NCBI GenBank assembly: GCA_964036045.1 | Contig: OZ038379.1 | Span: 14,570,001-14,634,000, forward strand | Length of the DNA stretch: 64,000 bases | From: Eutreptiella sp. 'Long Island Sound 2002' | Lineage: Eukaryota > Protista > Euglenida | Direction of reading: 5' to 3' | In this document: positions 22,501 to 32,450 of the stretch, piece by piece | How the letters are laid out: each line of letters opens with the position of its first letter | Numbering within the stretch: the first letter of the stretch is position 1 | The notes under the pieces: generated by a model | What the model was told of the DNA's origin: nothing | What the model saw: the letters and a program-made list of their open reading frames with translations, nothing else | Database searches by the model: none | Made by a program: the position numbers and the translations under genes

Positions 22501-25500
22501 TGAACCCAGCCTGCCTCAACTGGGTGATGGCAAAGCCTGCCTCCTTCAGGTGTGCAGCATAATAACCCGCGGCCTTGAGCTGCACAGCATTAAAGCCTGC
22601 ATCCTTCAGCTGAGTGGCATCAAAGCCTGCCTCCTTCAGCTTGGGAGCTTGAAACCAGAGTTTGAGCTGGATAGCATCAAAGCCAGCCTCCTTTAGTTGC
22701 ACAGCAGTATAGCCAACCATCTTGAGAACCGCGGTACCAAAACCAGCCTCCTTCAACTGTGTGGCATCAAAGCCAGCCTCCTTCAACTGTGTGGCAACAA
22801 AGCCTGCCTCCTTCAACTGTGTGGCATCAAAGCCAGCCTCCTTCAATTGTGTGGCGTCAACGCCTGCCTCCTTCAGCTGTATGACATCAAAGCCTGCCTC
22901 CTTCAACTGGACAGTATCAAAGCCAGCGTCCACCAGGAGTGCAGCAGCATAGCCAACCAGCTTGAGATGCACTGCACTAAAGCCTACCTCCTTCAATTGT
23001 GTGGCATCAAAGCCTGCCTCCTCCAACTGTGTGCACTCAAAACCAGCCTCCTTCAGCTGTGTGGCATCAAAGCCTTCCTCCTTCAGCTGTGCCGCCTTAA
23101 ACCCAGCCGATCTCAGCTGTACAGCGTCAAAGCCAGCCTCCTTCAGCTCCCATGCATGAAACCCAGCATCCTTCAACTGCCTGCAACCAACGCCTGCCTC
23201 CGTTAGCGGTGCAACACCATAACCAGCCACCCTTAGTTGCGCTGTGCTGAACCCAGCCTGCCTCAACTGGGTGATGGCAAAGCCTGCCTCCTTCAGGTGT
23301 GCAGCAAAATAACCCGCGGCCTTGAGCTGCACAGCATTAAAGCCTGCATCCTTCAGCTGAGTGGCATCAAAGCCTGCCTCCTTCAGCTTGGGAGCTTGAA
23401 ACCAGAGTTTGAGCTGGATAGCATCAAAGCCAGCCTCCTTTAGTTGCACAGCAGTATAGCCAACCATCTTGAGAACCGCGGTACCAAAACCAGCCTCCTT
23501 CAACTGTGTGGCATCAAAGCCAGCCTCCTTCAACTGTGTGGCAACAAAGCCTGCCTCCTTCAACTGTGTGGCATCAAAGCCAGCCTCCTTCAATTGTGTG
23601 GCGTCAACGCCTGCCTCCTTCAGCTGTATGACATCAAAGCCTGCCTCCTTCAACTGGACAGCATCAAAGCCAGCGTCCACCAGGAGTGCAGCAGCATAGC
23701 CAACCAGCTTGAGATGCGCTGCACTAAAGCCTACCTCCTTCAATTGTGTGGCATCAAAGCCTGCCTCCTCCAACTGTGTGCACTCAAAACCAGCCTCCTT
23801 CAGCTGTGTGGCATCAAAGCCTTCCTCCTTCAGCTGTGCCGCCTTAAACCCAGCCAATCTCAGCTGTACAGCGTCAAAGCCAGCCTCCTTCAGCTCCCAT
23901 GCATGAAACCCAGCATCCTTCAACTGCCTGCAACCAACGCCTGCCTCCGTTAGCGGTGCAACACCATAACCAGCCACCCTTAGTTGCGCTGTGCTGAACC
24001 CAGCCTGCCTCAACTGGGTGATGGCAAAGCCTGCCTCCTTCAGGTGTGCAGCATAATAACCCGCGGCCTTGAGCTGCACAGCATTAAAGCCTGCCTCCTT
24101 CAAGTGTGTGGCATCAAAGCCTGCCTCCTTCAACTGAGTGGCATCAAAGCCTGCCTCCTTCAACTGAGTTCCGTCAAAGCCTGCCTCCTTCAATTGTATG
24201 GCGTCAAAGCCTGCCTCCTTCAACGGAGTGGCATCAAAGCCTGCCTCCTTCAACTGAGTGGCATCAACGCCTGCATCCTTCAGCTGTGCGGGATCAAAGC
24301 CTGCCTCCTTCAGGTGCATGACATCAGAGCCTGCCTCCTTCAAATGTGTGGCATCAAAGCCTGCATCCTTCGACTGTATGGCATGAAAACCAGCCTCCTT
24401 GAACTGAGTGGCATCAAAGCCTGCCTCCTTCAACTGTGGGACATTGAACCCAGCCTCCTGCAGCTCAGCAGCCTCCAAACCCGCCTCCTTCAGCTGTGTA
24501 GCATCATGGCAAACCAACTGAAGCTGCATGGCGGAAACGCGCTCCTCCTTTAACTGTGTGGCATCAAAGCCTGGCAGCTTAATTCGCATGTTGTCAACGC
24601 CTGCCTCCTCCAGCTGCGTGGCATCAAAGCCTGCTTCTTTGAACTGTGTGGCATGAAAGCCTGCCTCCTTCAGCTGTGCGGCACCAAAGCCTGCCAGCAC
24701 TAATTGCGTGGCCTCAACGCCTGCCTCCTTCAGCTGCCTGGCATCAAAGCCTGCCTCCTTCAGCTGTGCGGCACCAAAGCCTGCCAGCACTAATTGCGTG
24801 GCCTCAACGCCTGCCTTGTTCAGCTGCGTGGCATCAAAGCCAGCTGTCTTCAGCTGCACGCCGCTGAAGCCTGCCTCCTTCAACTCCATAGCATCAAAGC
24901 CGGCCTTCTTCAGCTCCGCAGCTTGATACCCAGCCGTCTTGAACTGTGTAGCGCAGAAACCCATCTTTTTAAGCTGCGTGGTCTCAAAGCCAGCGGACTG
25001 CAGTTGTGTGATACCATAGCCGGCATCCCTGATTGCTGACAGAGTGTTAAAGTGGGTCAGGTCCAGCGCCATGCCGTGAAAGCCAGCATCCTTCAGCTGC
25101 CCCACATTGAAGCCAGCCTCTTTCAGATGCCAGATATTAAAACCAGCCGCCTTAATTAGCATGGCGCTCAAACCAGCGTGCTTGAACTGATGTGCACGAA
25201 ACCCAACAGCCTGGAGATCAGCAGCGGAGAAGCCAGCATGCAGCAATTGGGGAATGTCGAACTCTTGGGCCTTCAGCTCTTCGGCCGAAGCGCCCAAAGC
25301 CCTCCGCCGGCACGCCTCCGAGTACCGCAATGCTTCGGCACGCCGTGCGTGAAGGATATCCGTCGCACCTTCGAATGCTTCCGGCCAATCGAAAGTGCCC
25401 CGGGTAACCTCATGATGCAACTGCATGAAACGCTTTTCGTCCTCCAAGCGTCTGGGTATCAGCTGTTGCTCAACCACGATGCCACTGGCAGGCCCCATGG

Positions 25501-28042
25501 ATAACTTCAGCCAAGCCTTCACACCTCTGTGGCCCGTGGCATCTGCTGTGCTGCTGCGGTTGAACCCATTTTCCATGCGCACCATCTCTACCCCGGCGGA
25601 TGCATCGCGCAACCGTTGCAGAACAGCCCGCAGCTCCGCCATGTCGTTCACCACCAAGGCGCACCCATTGATATCAAGCACATATGACGCCGCTTGCCGC
25701 AAAAGCGCGCGCGCCGCTGTTGCTGCCCCATTCGCACCGGCGACACGGAACTCCTTGCCAAACGCTTCCCATACTGCTGACACCCTGTCCCGAATCCAAG
25801 CGGGATCTTTGGCATTGCTCCACACATGAAAGTTCTCGGCTGAAGCGCTCGGCCCTAAAACGTCTCGAACTCGACGGTACACTTCTTCCTCCTGCAGCCG
25901 GCAGACTCCACACAGCCAAGCACCAAGCCACTGGGCACAGCCGCGATCGCCCTCATTCACGGCGGAATCCGAGCCATCCGAAGCGGCCAACTGCAAGAAA
26001 TCGGTGACCGTGCCCATCCCCCGGTCCACGACGGCCCCCACCCTCTGCAGATCTCGAAACGTCTCGCCCATATCACAGCGGTGGAGCCATCCCGGGGCTT
26101 CCACGCCACACCGCACGCCTCCGTTGGGCAGCCGTTCCGAGAGCACGCCCGCTTCTGCGTGCAGGTCCTGCACGGCCGCGTCCTGGGCCACGAAATCCGG
26201 CTCCTCCTTCGCCCACTCCGCATCCTCCCCGGCCAACTCCTCACAGAACTGGGCCGCTCGGCCCGCGCTCATCGCCTCGGCCACGCACGCCACACGGAAC
26301 AGGGGGGTCCGGTAGGGCCCCCGGGGGTCGAGCCCGGGGCAGCGAGGCCCCTTCGTGGCCGACAGCAACTCCCGCAGCACCTCCGGGGCCATGGGCTCGC
26401 GGGCCTCCGCCGCCCGGAACGCCCGGTGCAGGGCCCGCCACACCACCGACAGCCGCTGCTGAGAGCGCTTCGTGTGGCCGCCCCGCGCCCACACGCGGTC
26501 CTCCCCGAAGCAGTGGAACGCCACCAGCTCCTTCCAGAGCCCCGGCGGCGCCACACGCTGCAGCGCGGCCCAGGCGTCGCCCAGGGTCTCCTGCTCCAGC
26601 GCGGTCTGCAGCGCCGTCCACGAGGCCATGTGCCCTTCGACGAGGATCGCAAACCCCTTGCGGCCGCTGAGGCGCATGGCCGCGCTGACCCCGTCGCCGT
26701 CGAGCCGCAGGATCGAGGCCACGTCCAGCCGCTCCGCCTGCAGGAGCAGCCGCAGGAGCCGGTACGCCTCCGCCGCGTTGTGCCGCGCCAGGGCGTTGAG
26801 GGGGACCTGCCGCGCGGAGTTCGCCACGGCCTGGGCCTCGGGGGCCCGCCGCAGCAGCAGCTCGGCGCACCGCGCGTCCGCCGCGTGATGCGCGGCCACG
26901 TTCCCGGCCCCGTCCCGCTGCAGGAACGCCCGGCGCGGCAGCGCGTCCAGGCGCTGCGGCTGGAGAGCGGAAACGTCGGCCCGTTTGGCGGCGGCAAAGA
27001 GGCTGCTGACCTCCCCCATCAGGGCCCCGGCCGTCGTGCCCAGGACCACCTCGAGCTCGAAAACGGCCCCGGCTTCGACGGAGACCTCTTGGAAATGCGC
27101 GTTGCGCAGCAACGCCTCCTTCTCCGGCTGCGGCATCACATCCAATTCCGCCAACGATCGGAACCCGAGCAAAGACCGCAGCTCGAAGCGCGCGCGCGAC
27201 CGGCCAAGCTGCCGTTGCCCCACCGCCCGGGCCGTATCGTCGTCGATCTCGAACGCCAGGCGGCATTCCACCCCTTCGCTGCGGGCGAAGTGGAGCGCGT
27301 CGACCATAGCACTGACGTCGGCCCGCGCCCGGTTGCACCCCACGAGCCTCCATCCCCTTTGGATCTGAACAAAGGCTTTGCCTGCCTCGTCGGTCTCTAC
27401 CATGACTCGTGGACCTTCGCAGACCTCGACTACGATGCCACTCGCACCGTCAAGGCGAAAGCCCAGATGCTCCGACGGCAGGTACACCTCGATCAGATTG
27501 CACCTGCGGTCACTGAGGCCACGGGCGGACAGTTGCCCATCACAAAGGCACGGGGCAGGGTCACGGAAAGCCTCCCCCGCGGCTGGGGCAGCGATGTTGT
27601 CCGAACTCACTGACGGCCCGGTATCCAGTAGAAGTTCTGATAACGCTCGGACTACGTTCGGGTTTTCAGGGTCGTGGGCCGCCCGCAGTGCCAGGGAATC
27701 CTGACGGGTCGCTTGGCCTCCAAGGGAGCCGATTTGCGAGCCCTGCCGTGATGGAGGGAGCAGGGAGGGGGCAAGCAGTGATGAAGTGGCTAGGAATGAG
27801 GACTGGGTGCTGGAGTGGGACTCTACCAATACTGCGGATAAGGGGCGCGGAAACTTGTAGTTCCCGAGCACTGTCCCGAGCACTCCGGCCGCTTGCATGC
27901 ATTCGGATGGCGGGGCAAGGTGTGGCAACAGGGAGCGCCAAAGGCAGCCGCTGGGCTGGGCTGTGTGCGAGCCCTCTGGGTCGATGAAGCAGTCTGGAGC
28001 GCGTGACTGCAGTGCAATCTCAGGGGCTGACTGGTACCTCAT
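19538..28042 (-). CDS. 2834-aa intron-free protein: PDZ-like, ankyrin-like and RelA/SpoT-like NTase regions, then about 190 decapeptide repeats
   Basis: 8.5-kb frame without a stop. PDZ-like LIEVYLPSEHLGFRL...VQIQRGWRLVGCN (about 27250-27500). Ankyrin-like RDGAGNVAAHHA...ANSARQVPLNALA (about 26740-26930). RelA/SpoT-like AKDPAWIRDRV / LDINGC / VRMENGF / GHRG / VVEQQL / HHEVTRG (about 25400-25830). The true start codon and any upstream exons are unknown. Confidence 0.88.
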   Translation of the reverse strand: MRYQSAPEIALQSRAPDCFIDPEGSHTAQPSGCLWRSLLPHLAPPSECMQAAGVLGTVLGNYKFPRPLSAVLVESHSSTQSSFLATSSLLAPSLLPPSRQGSQIGSLGGQATRQDSLALRAAHDPENPNVVRALSELLLDTGPSVSSDNIAAPAAGEAFRDPAPCLCDGQLSARGLSDRRCNLIEVYLPSEHLGFRLDGASGIVVEVCEGPRVMVETDEAGKAFVQIQRGWRLVGCNRARADVSAMVDALHFARSEGVECRLAFEIDDDTARAVGQRQLGRSRARFELRSLLGFRSLAELDVMPQPEKEALLRNAHFQEVSVEAGAVFELEVVLGTTAGALMGEVSSLFAAAKRADVSALQPQRLDALPRRAFLQRDGAGNVAAHHAADARCAELLLRRAPEAQAVANSARQVPLNALARHNAAEAYRLLRLLLQAERLDVASILRLDGDGVSAAMRLSGRKGFAILVEGHMASWTALQTALEQETLGDAWAALQRVAPPGLWKELVAFHCFGEDRVWARGGHTKRSQQRLSVVWRALHRAFRAAEAREPMAPEVLRELLSATKGPRCPGLDPRGPYRTPLFRVACVAEAMSAGRAAQFCEELAGEDAEWAKEEPDFVAQDAAVQDLHAEAGVLSERLPNGGVRCGVEAPGWLHRCDMGETFRDLQRVGAVVDRGMGTVTDFLQLAASDGSDSAVNEGDRGCAQWLGAWLCGVCRLQEEEVYRRVRDVLGPSASAENFHVWSNAKDPAWIRDRVSAVWEAFGKEFRVAGANGAATAARALLRQAASYVLDINGCALVVNDMAELRAVLQRLRDASAGVEMVRMENGFNRSSTADATGHRGVKAWLKLSMGPASGIVVEQQLIPRRLEDEKRFMQLHHEVTRGTFDWPEAFEGATDILHARRAEALRYSEACRRRALGASAEELKAQEFDIPQLLHAGFSAADLQAVGFRAHQFKHAGLSAMLIKAAGFNIWHLKEAGFNVGQLKDAGFHGMALDLTHFNTLSAIRDAGYGITQLQSAGFETTQLKKMGFCATQFKTAGYQAAELKKAGFDAMELKEAGFSGVQLKTAGFDATQLNKAGVEATQLVLAGFGAAQLKEAGFDARQLKEAGVEATQLVLAGFGAAQLKEAGFHATQFKEAGFDATQLEEAGVDNMRIKLPGFDATQLKEERVSAMQLQLVCHDATQLKEAGLEAAELQEAGFNVPQLKEAGFDATQFKEAGFHAIQSKDAGFDATHLKEAGSDVMHLKEAGFDPAQLKDAGVDATQLKEAGFDATPLKEAGFDAIQLKEAGFDGTQLKEAGFDATQLKEAGFDATHLKEAGFNAVQLKAAGYYAAHLKEAGFAITQLRQAGFSTAQLRVAGYGVAPLTEAGVGCRQLKDAGFHAWELKEAGFDAVQLRLAGFKAAQLKEEGFDATQLKEAGFECTQLEEAGFDATQLKEVGFSAAHLKLVGYAAALLVDAGFDAVQLKEAGFDVIQLKEAGVDATQLKEAGFDATQLKEAGFVATQLKEAGFDATQLKEAGFGTAVLKMVGYTAVQLKEAGFDAIQLKLWFQAPKLKEAGFDATQLKDAGFNAVQLKAAGYFAAHLKEAGFAITQLRQAGFSTAQLRVAGYGVAPLTEAGVGCRQLKDAGFHAWELKEAGFDAVQLRSAGFKAAQLKEEGFDATQLKEAGFECTQLEEAGFDATQLKEVGFSAVHLKLVGYAAALLVDAGFDTVQLKEAGFDVIQLKEAGVDATQLKEAGFDATQLKEAGFVATQLKEAGFDATQLKEAGFGTAVLKMVGYTAVQLKEAGFDAIQLKLWFQAPKLKEAGFDATQLKDAGFNAVQLKAAGYYAAHLKEAGFAITQLRQAGFSTAQLRVAGYGVAPLTEAGVGCRQLKDAGFHAWELKEAGFHAWQLKEVGFDSWQLKEAGFDAVQLRLAGFKAEQLKEEGFDATQLKEAGFDVVQLRLAGFQAAQLQEEGFDATQLKEAGFDAVQLRLAGLKVAQLEEAGFDATQVKQSSFHVAQLMLAANAMELHEAGLGASQSNRDTDESSFLDATSATELKEAGFSAMQLKTLGCDAAQLKEAGFDATQLKRAGFSAAQLQTGGFAAIPLKDAGYSATELKQAGFDAIELKAAGCNAMNLKLAGYDAALLKEAGFHAPQMRQAGFDAVQLKMVGYSAVQLQEAWFDATQLKEAGFGVAQLKDAGFDAAQLMLIGFDAAELKESGFDAAKLKGAGFDAVQLAKVGFAVAQLKEAGFGAAQLKKAGFSTAQLQQAGYNAVQLKEIGLDATQLKEAGFEATELKEAGLNFTQLVEAGFDAMQLKLAGYSAEQLRNVGFDVAQLKKAGFSVVELKSGGHDAAQLKEVGHYAAELADAGFTFAQLRLAGYDVAQLVEAGFGAKHFKEAGVDARQLKEVGFYAWQLKEAGFDATQLKEAGFESTQLRLTGYTAAQLKEGGLDATQLKEAGFSAWDLKLAGYSAEQLRNEGFCVTELKEAGFSAAQLKLVGYDAVQLKEVGFDAAELKEIGFNAAQLKVAGYYAVQLNDAGFDATELKNADFDVAQLRTLGYAAVQLKEAGFAATDLKGLFSAAQLAAAGFTAEQLQEAGYNATQLKRAGFDATHLSMAGFCAVQLKMAGYTAKQLKAAGLSTAEMKKAGFHAMQLKMVGFNAVQLKEGGFNASQLKEAAFDAAQLKDAGFNAMQLKTVGHDAVQLTEAGFSAVQLKEAGCHAAQLAWAGHDVDRLKEAGFDATQLKEAGFNAVKLRLAGYDALQLKEAGFDAAELKDAGFSAALLKIACYDAAQLTGAGFGCKQLKQAGFNAWELKEAGFYAWQLKEVGFATTKLKEAGFCAAQLALACGQ
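19541..25290 (-). repeat. Coding 30-bp (10-aa) tandem array, consensus QLKEAGFDAT, about 190 units
   Basis: Continuous L-x-x-A-G-(F/Y) periodicity with one short break (ASQSNRDTDESSFL, about 21950-22000). Confidence 0.95.
22385..24095 (-). repeat. Higher-order 747-bp (249-aa) duplication within the decapeptide array, about 2.3 copies
   Basis: Near-identical sequence at 22490, 23237 and 23984 (offset 747). The diagnostic 9-aa unit QLKLWFQAPK is present in both full copies. Confidence 0.92.
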
Positions 28043-28822
28043 GTGCAGTCAGCCACAATCTGGTGTGCACCAGAATCAAGAGCTCTCCATACGGCCTACA
28101 AAAGGACAATCAACACAGGAAATTCGGAAACAAGCCACCAGGCACCCTGATTCAAAACATCAAACCCACAGGGTTTCAACTTGGGGTGGGGTTGAGCCGC
28201 ATGCAGGTCAACAAGGCGCTCTACACATGCACGTCCCGGTGTGCACATGCAGCAATGTTTGGCAGTTCTTCCTTCCCATATGTCACTCGAGAGCTCATGA
28301 CTGTATGTGCAGTTAATCCACCTGTGTCTTCCTGATTGTTTCTTTGGTCGACCAAAACAACTAGCCTACATGTCACAATACATGTCCTTTTTTTTGTGTT
28401 CCGGCGCTAGGCCTGTACAGCAGCCCCTCAAGGGGTCCGCGAATGGATATTGGGTCCAGAACCATGTACAGCCTCCATCTTGGGACCGGCGGTTTCACAC
28501 ATATGAGGTTTGTCCCCAAGAAGGACACCACAGGTGGCAAGACTTGGGTGTAGACTGTCACATCTATGCAGCCGCGGCTACCACAATCCCAGTTGAAGAA
28601 CCTAGATCAACACTACTTTCATGAGAGTCCGTTGCCTACTTGAAACCGTTGTGCGTCATCGCTGTTGTCACCACGACACCAGAGTGAAAACCCCTGGTCG
28701 TTCCACTAGTAGCCAAAGTCACAGTCCTACATGCAACGTGTGCCTGCAATCGCTATTGTGCTATCTACAACTGCGCTGTGCGTCAAGGACGGGGACACAT
28801 GTGTGATCTAGGCTAAGTGTTT

Positions 28823-29304
28823 GCACTGCGTGCGCACTGCGTGCATATTGCGCACGCAGAGGCTAGGATACTCACCCAAGAATACCTGTCACCTGTTTAC
28901 TAGGGGGAAGACTGAAAGGTGTCAATACCATAGGGTTGGCCAGGTGTGCATCGAAACTTCTGGTTGTAGTTATAACCAACAGCATCGTCGAAGAAGAACT
29001 GTCCGGTCTTGGTGTCGACTCACCACCATCGAGTATCGGCGATTGAGAGCCTTCGAGCGACGATAACCACGTTGAATTCTTTGCAGTTGTGGACGTGGCC
29101 ATACCGATCAATGATCTTGAGCATCTCGGTTTGAGAATCACCTTGAAGTCGACCAAGGTTTTGGTGCAGGTACTATCTGACGGGAAGAGTACTCTGCAGG
29201 GCGAATCGAACCGCCTCTACAGAGGCTTGTGAAAAGGGGCCAAAACTAGGGTTCGAGTATTTGCCGACATCCAAAACTTCGCACTGCGTGCGCACTGCGT
29301 GCAT
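28823..29304 (-). other. Orphan coding-like fragment between 24-bp perfect direct repeats
   Basis: GCACTGCGTGCGCACTGCGTGCAT at 28823-28846 and 29281-29304. The interior minus frame reads YLHQNLGRLQGDSQTEMLKIIDRYGHVHNCKEFNVVIV...WW*VDTKTGQFFFDDAVGYNYNQKFRC. Confidence 0.4.
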
Positions 29305-30779
29305 GGCATTCCCCTAGATCATGCTGGACACATTCTAGCATGTTTTGGGCGCACGGTGAAGGGAGATACACAGCCTGTTGCGTATGCATTGGTGGCACAA
29401 CCACCGTCCTGCGGGTTTTGTGATTCCTGCCCTCACCTGCCCTGCACGACTGTCAATTCACAATCAGCTTCTTACTGTCAAACGTCTCGGGACAGTCCAT
29501 GTACAGCTCTTCCCAAGAAAAACAAGTATGCACTGTGGACAAAACGTATGTTTTTGGCAAAACATCGGTTCTGTCTGCTGCGACGCGCCGCATCACCGTC
29601 ATGGGCTGCCGGTGAGATGTACGGCATCTTGAGGGTGCCCTGCGGATTGCCGGGTGAGGCTTTTGTCAGCTCGATGTAGCACGGCGACTCCGGCATGGCC
29701 ACGCAACGCCGTGGGCCGTTTCCCCTTCTTTGACATGCGGAGGACTGCCTGATGTGCCGCTTCCAAGAGGCTCCGTGGTCTGACCAATGCGCACGCGGGA
29801 ACTCGCCACTATTTGACCAGATGCGACAGTGAGAGGCAGGCTGTTCAGCGCGGAGGAAGGCGGAAGCGGCTCGGTGATACACCTCAAACGCCTCGGTCCG
29901 TGGTCTCCGCGGCGCGTGCGTGGTGTTCCCCTGCATTCCCTGATGTGCCCGGCACGCATGTCACGCAGGAGTAGAGCACAAACGCCTTGAGATGCAAGGG
30001 ACAGGGAGATATCTTACCCGGCATGCCACCCCCGCCCGCCCTACTCCGACGCACGGAACTTCCAGAACTGCGGAACTACAGTGCATGGAAGCTGCCATCC
30101 ATGAGAGTCTAGTACGGTAGTAGGGCAACATTGCCGCCCACGTCTCAAAGGGTTGGAAGGCAATTTGCAGGTTGTGCAAAGCCAAGTTGCCGAGGGATGA
30201 TATCAGCCGCCTGTGGTCACCATAGCAGTCGGCTGCACGGCAAGCCCACGGAGCGAAGTACCCCCCCCCCCCACTTGTCGTTCCCCACCCCAGGGAAGAC
30301 GGTCCCCCACCACCCCCTAGGGGACAGTTGCCAAGTGACGGGGTGGGGGTGGTCCCCCACCCCCCCACGTGGGGGACCACACCACCACCGTACACGCACA
30401 TTTGCAGGCACAAAAATTGCAGCAAAAAAAGAAAAGCATTCAGCATAGGGTGCAATGTACGGAGACCTACTCCTTGCATGCTCTCCACTTTCCACTGGAA
30501 TGCTTTGGGCAGCACTCTTGGGTGGTGGTTTTGCCTTCTTGGTAGGAGGCTTGGCAGGCACAAGCAGATTTGTGGGTACCCATTTCCCTTCGGGAATGTC
30601 CCTTGTCAAATACAACTTGTTCCCAAAACTGTGTCCCACACCCCATACACCACGGGCACTCTTCACCCATGAACATCACATTTGTCCTAGGGGGAAACAT
30701 GGTTGTGCTGTCAAGTTCCATTTCAGCAAAAGTGAGCAAAATGTCATGCCATGAGTGCAAGGGATACAAGTGGCAGTGC

Positions 30780-32450
30780 CCCACACCATAGTCACCCACA
30801 CAACAACACAATGAGCTGCAACGAAACATTTTGGGTTGACCAAGTGACGTGTGATGGGTAGGAAGGAATCATAGAAGGGAAGTCCCCCGCATAGCAGAGA
30901 GTTTCGCATGGACCAATGTGTTGCTTGCGCCATCCAAGTCGTGATGCCTAGCGGCTAAGAGAAGGAAAGGTGCAGTGGTAGGGTGCGGACTAAGTATGTG
31001 CTGGAGCCCTTGTCAACAGGGTGCCAGCATTTGTCCAGTGTGTCAAAAATCAGCAGATGGAAATTACAGTGGTAGAGTGCATGGTCGAAGGACTCTAAGA
31101 CGCCACATACTAGACAATAAGACACACGCGTCCAAGAGGACAAGCATTCTGCTACTTTGACTTTACGCCAAAGACATTGGTGGACAAAATCGGTGACAAA
31201 CGGGGGAGCCGGGCTTTCCAAAAGGCCTTCCACACCAGTGGTGACCTCCAAGATGTGGTGTGCAGGTGTGGTGCTAGGCGGCGGAGGGTTGCCGCTTTTG
31301 CCCATGCCTCACTCCACACGGAGGGTTTTGACCAATCGGTCGCTGGTACGGACGGGAAATTCTGTATGGACCTCCAGGTGGGTCCCACTTTGGCAAGCAG
31401 ATCTGGTCGGGGCTGATGTTGCTGGTCGAACATGTGACCCACTTTTGTGATACCTTTTGCGATCGGCGCAGGGCACTAATACGTGAGGTGCTTATCTAAC
31501 TTAAAAATCACTGAATGCCACAGGGGGATCTCAGAGAGGGCCTCATGGTTGCTGAGTCCATCAATTATGTAGCGCCGTGCAATAGAGAGAGCCTTTAAAC
31601 TGTACGCTACAAAAGAAAAGGTCTTGTACGGTACTGGGCCTAATTGGAGGTAGGGCAGTAGGGCTTTTTTTTGGGGGGGGGGTCCCAAACAAATTTCCAC
31701 ACAGTGATTGCCCTTGTTGACCCACAACAACATATGTCTAATCACCAGAACAACAGGACTCAAAGAAATTTGGTGTGCTTTGATAGGCTCTAGGAAATGT
31801 CACGAAAGGTGATCTCAGGTGCAAGCACAGGCCAACTGCTCCGCAAATGCAAGCACACCAAACCAATCACGAATCTCTTGAAATTTCTGACCACATGGCC
31901 ATATGACTTCACTGCATATGGCTTAGTTCAACGGCGGTGGCCATGTCAAGGGATAGGGATAGTGCGCCAATGGCTTCCTCGCTCGATTCTCCCAAATGGA
32001 ACAATATGAGCGTGCCATGGATATAATTCAGGTAAATGGAACCATTGAAAGGTTTTGCCAGTTGTGTAGCAGGCAAATCTACCGGTGGTGACCTACTATA
32101 CGTGACTTGGTGAGGTTGATGGTTACAAGTAGCGATTGGGTTACAGAGAAAACCAGCCTCATGGCAGACCAGGTTTGTGTCATCAAATACAGAAGCTCTT
32201 GGCTCCATTGCAAGCAATGAAATTACACTTGAGACAGATTACAGCCTGGTGGGTGGCTGGCTGGTAGCCATGGGAAGGCAACTGGCAATCAAAAGATCAA
32301 CAGCAGTTGGAGGTCTATTAACAGAAACTGGGCGAGACATGTTTTCTTCTTCGTGAGGAAAAGCCCAAGGGTGAGTGTAAGACCAGGGATCAGGGTTAGC
32401 GCCAGCGCCTCCTGCCACCACTCTTCCCCTTGACAACAATGCCAATGCGG
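30780..32450 (-). mobile_element. Degenerate L1/Tx1-like LINE ORF2 remnant (RT end + zf-RVT)
   Basis: PGCNLSQV..AMEP and FDDT (about 32170-32260, like GCPLSPLLF..AMEPL and ADD), YLNYIHG (about 32020-32040), CLVCGVLESFDHALYHCNF (about 31060-31120), and WMAQATHWSMRN (about 30900-30935). Many stops, frameshifts and deletions. Confidence 0.7.

Noticed and set aside
19842-25039. Many plus-strand ORFs with KPASFSCVAS or LLQLCGIKAC (LRR-like) repeats
   Set aside because: Antisense shadows of the decapeptide array; fragmented by stops, while the minus frame is continuous.
25957-27613. Long alternative-frame ORFs (510, 370 and 242 aa)
   Set aside because: Arg/Pro/Gly/Ala-rich products expected from high-GC coding DNA; no motifs.
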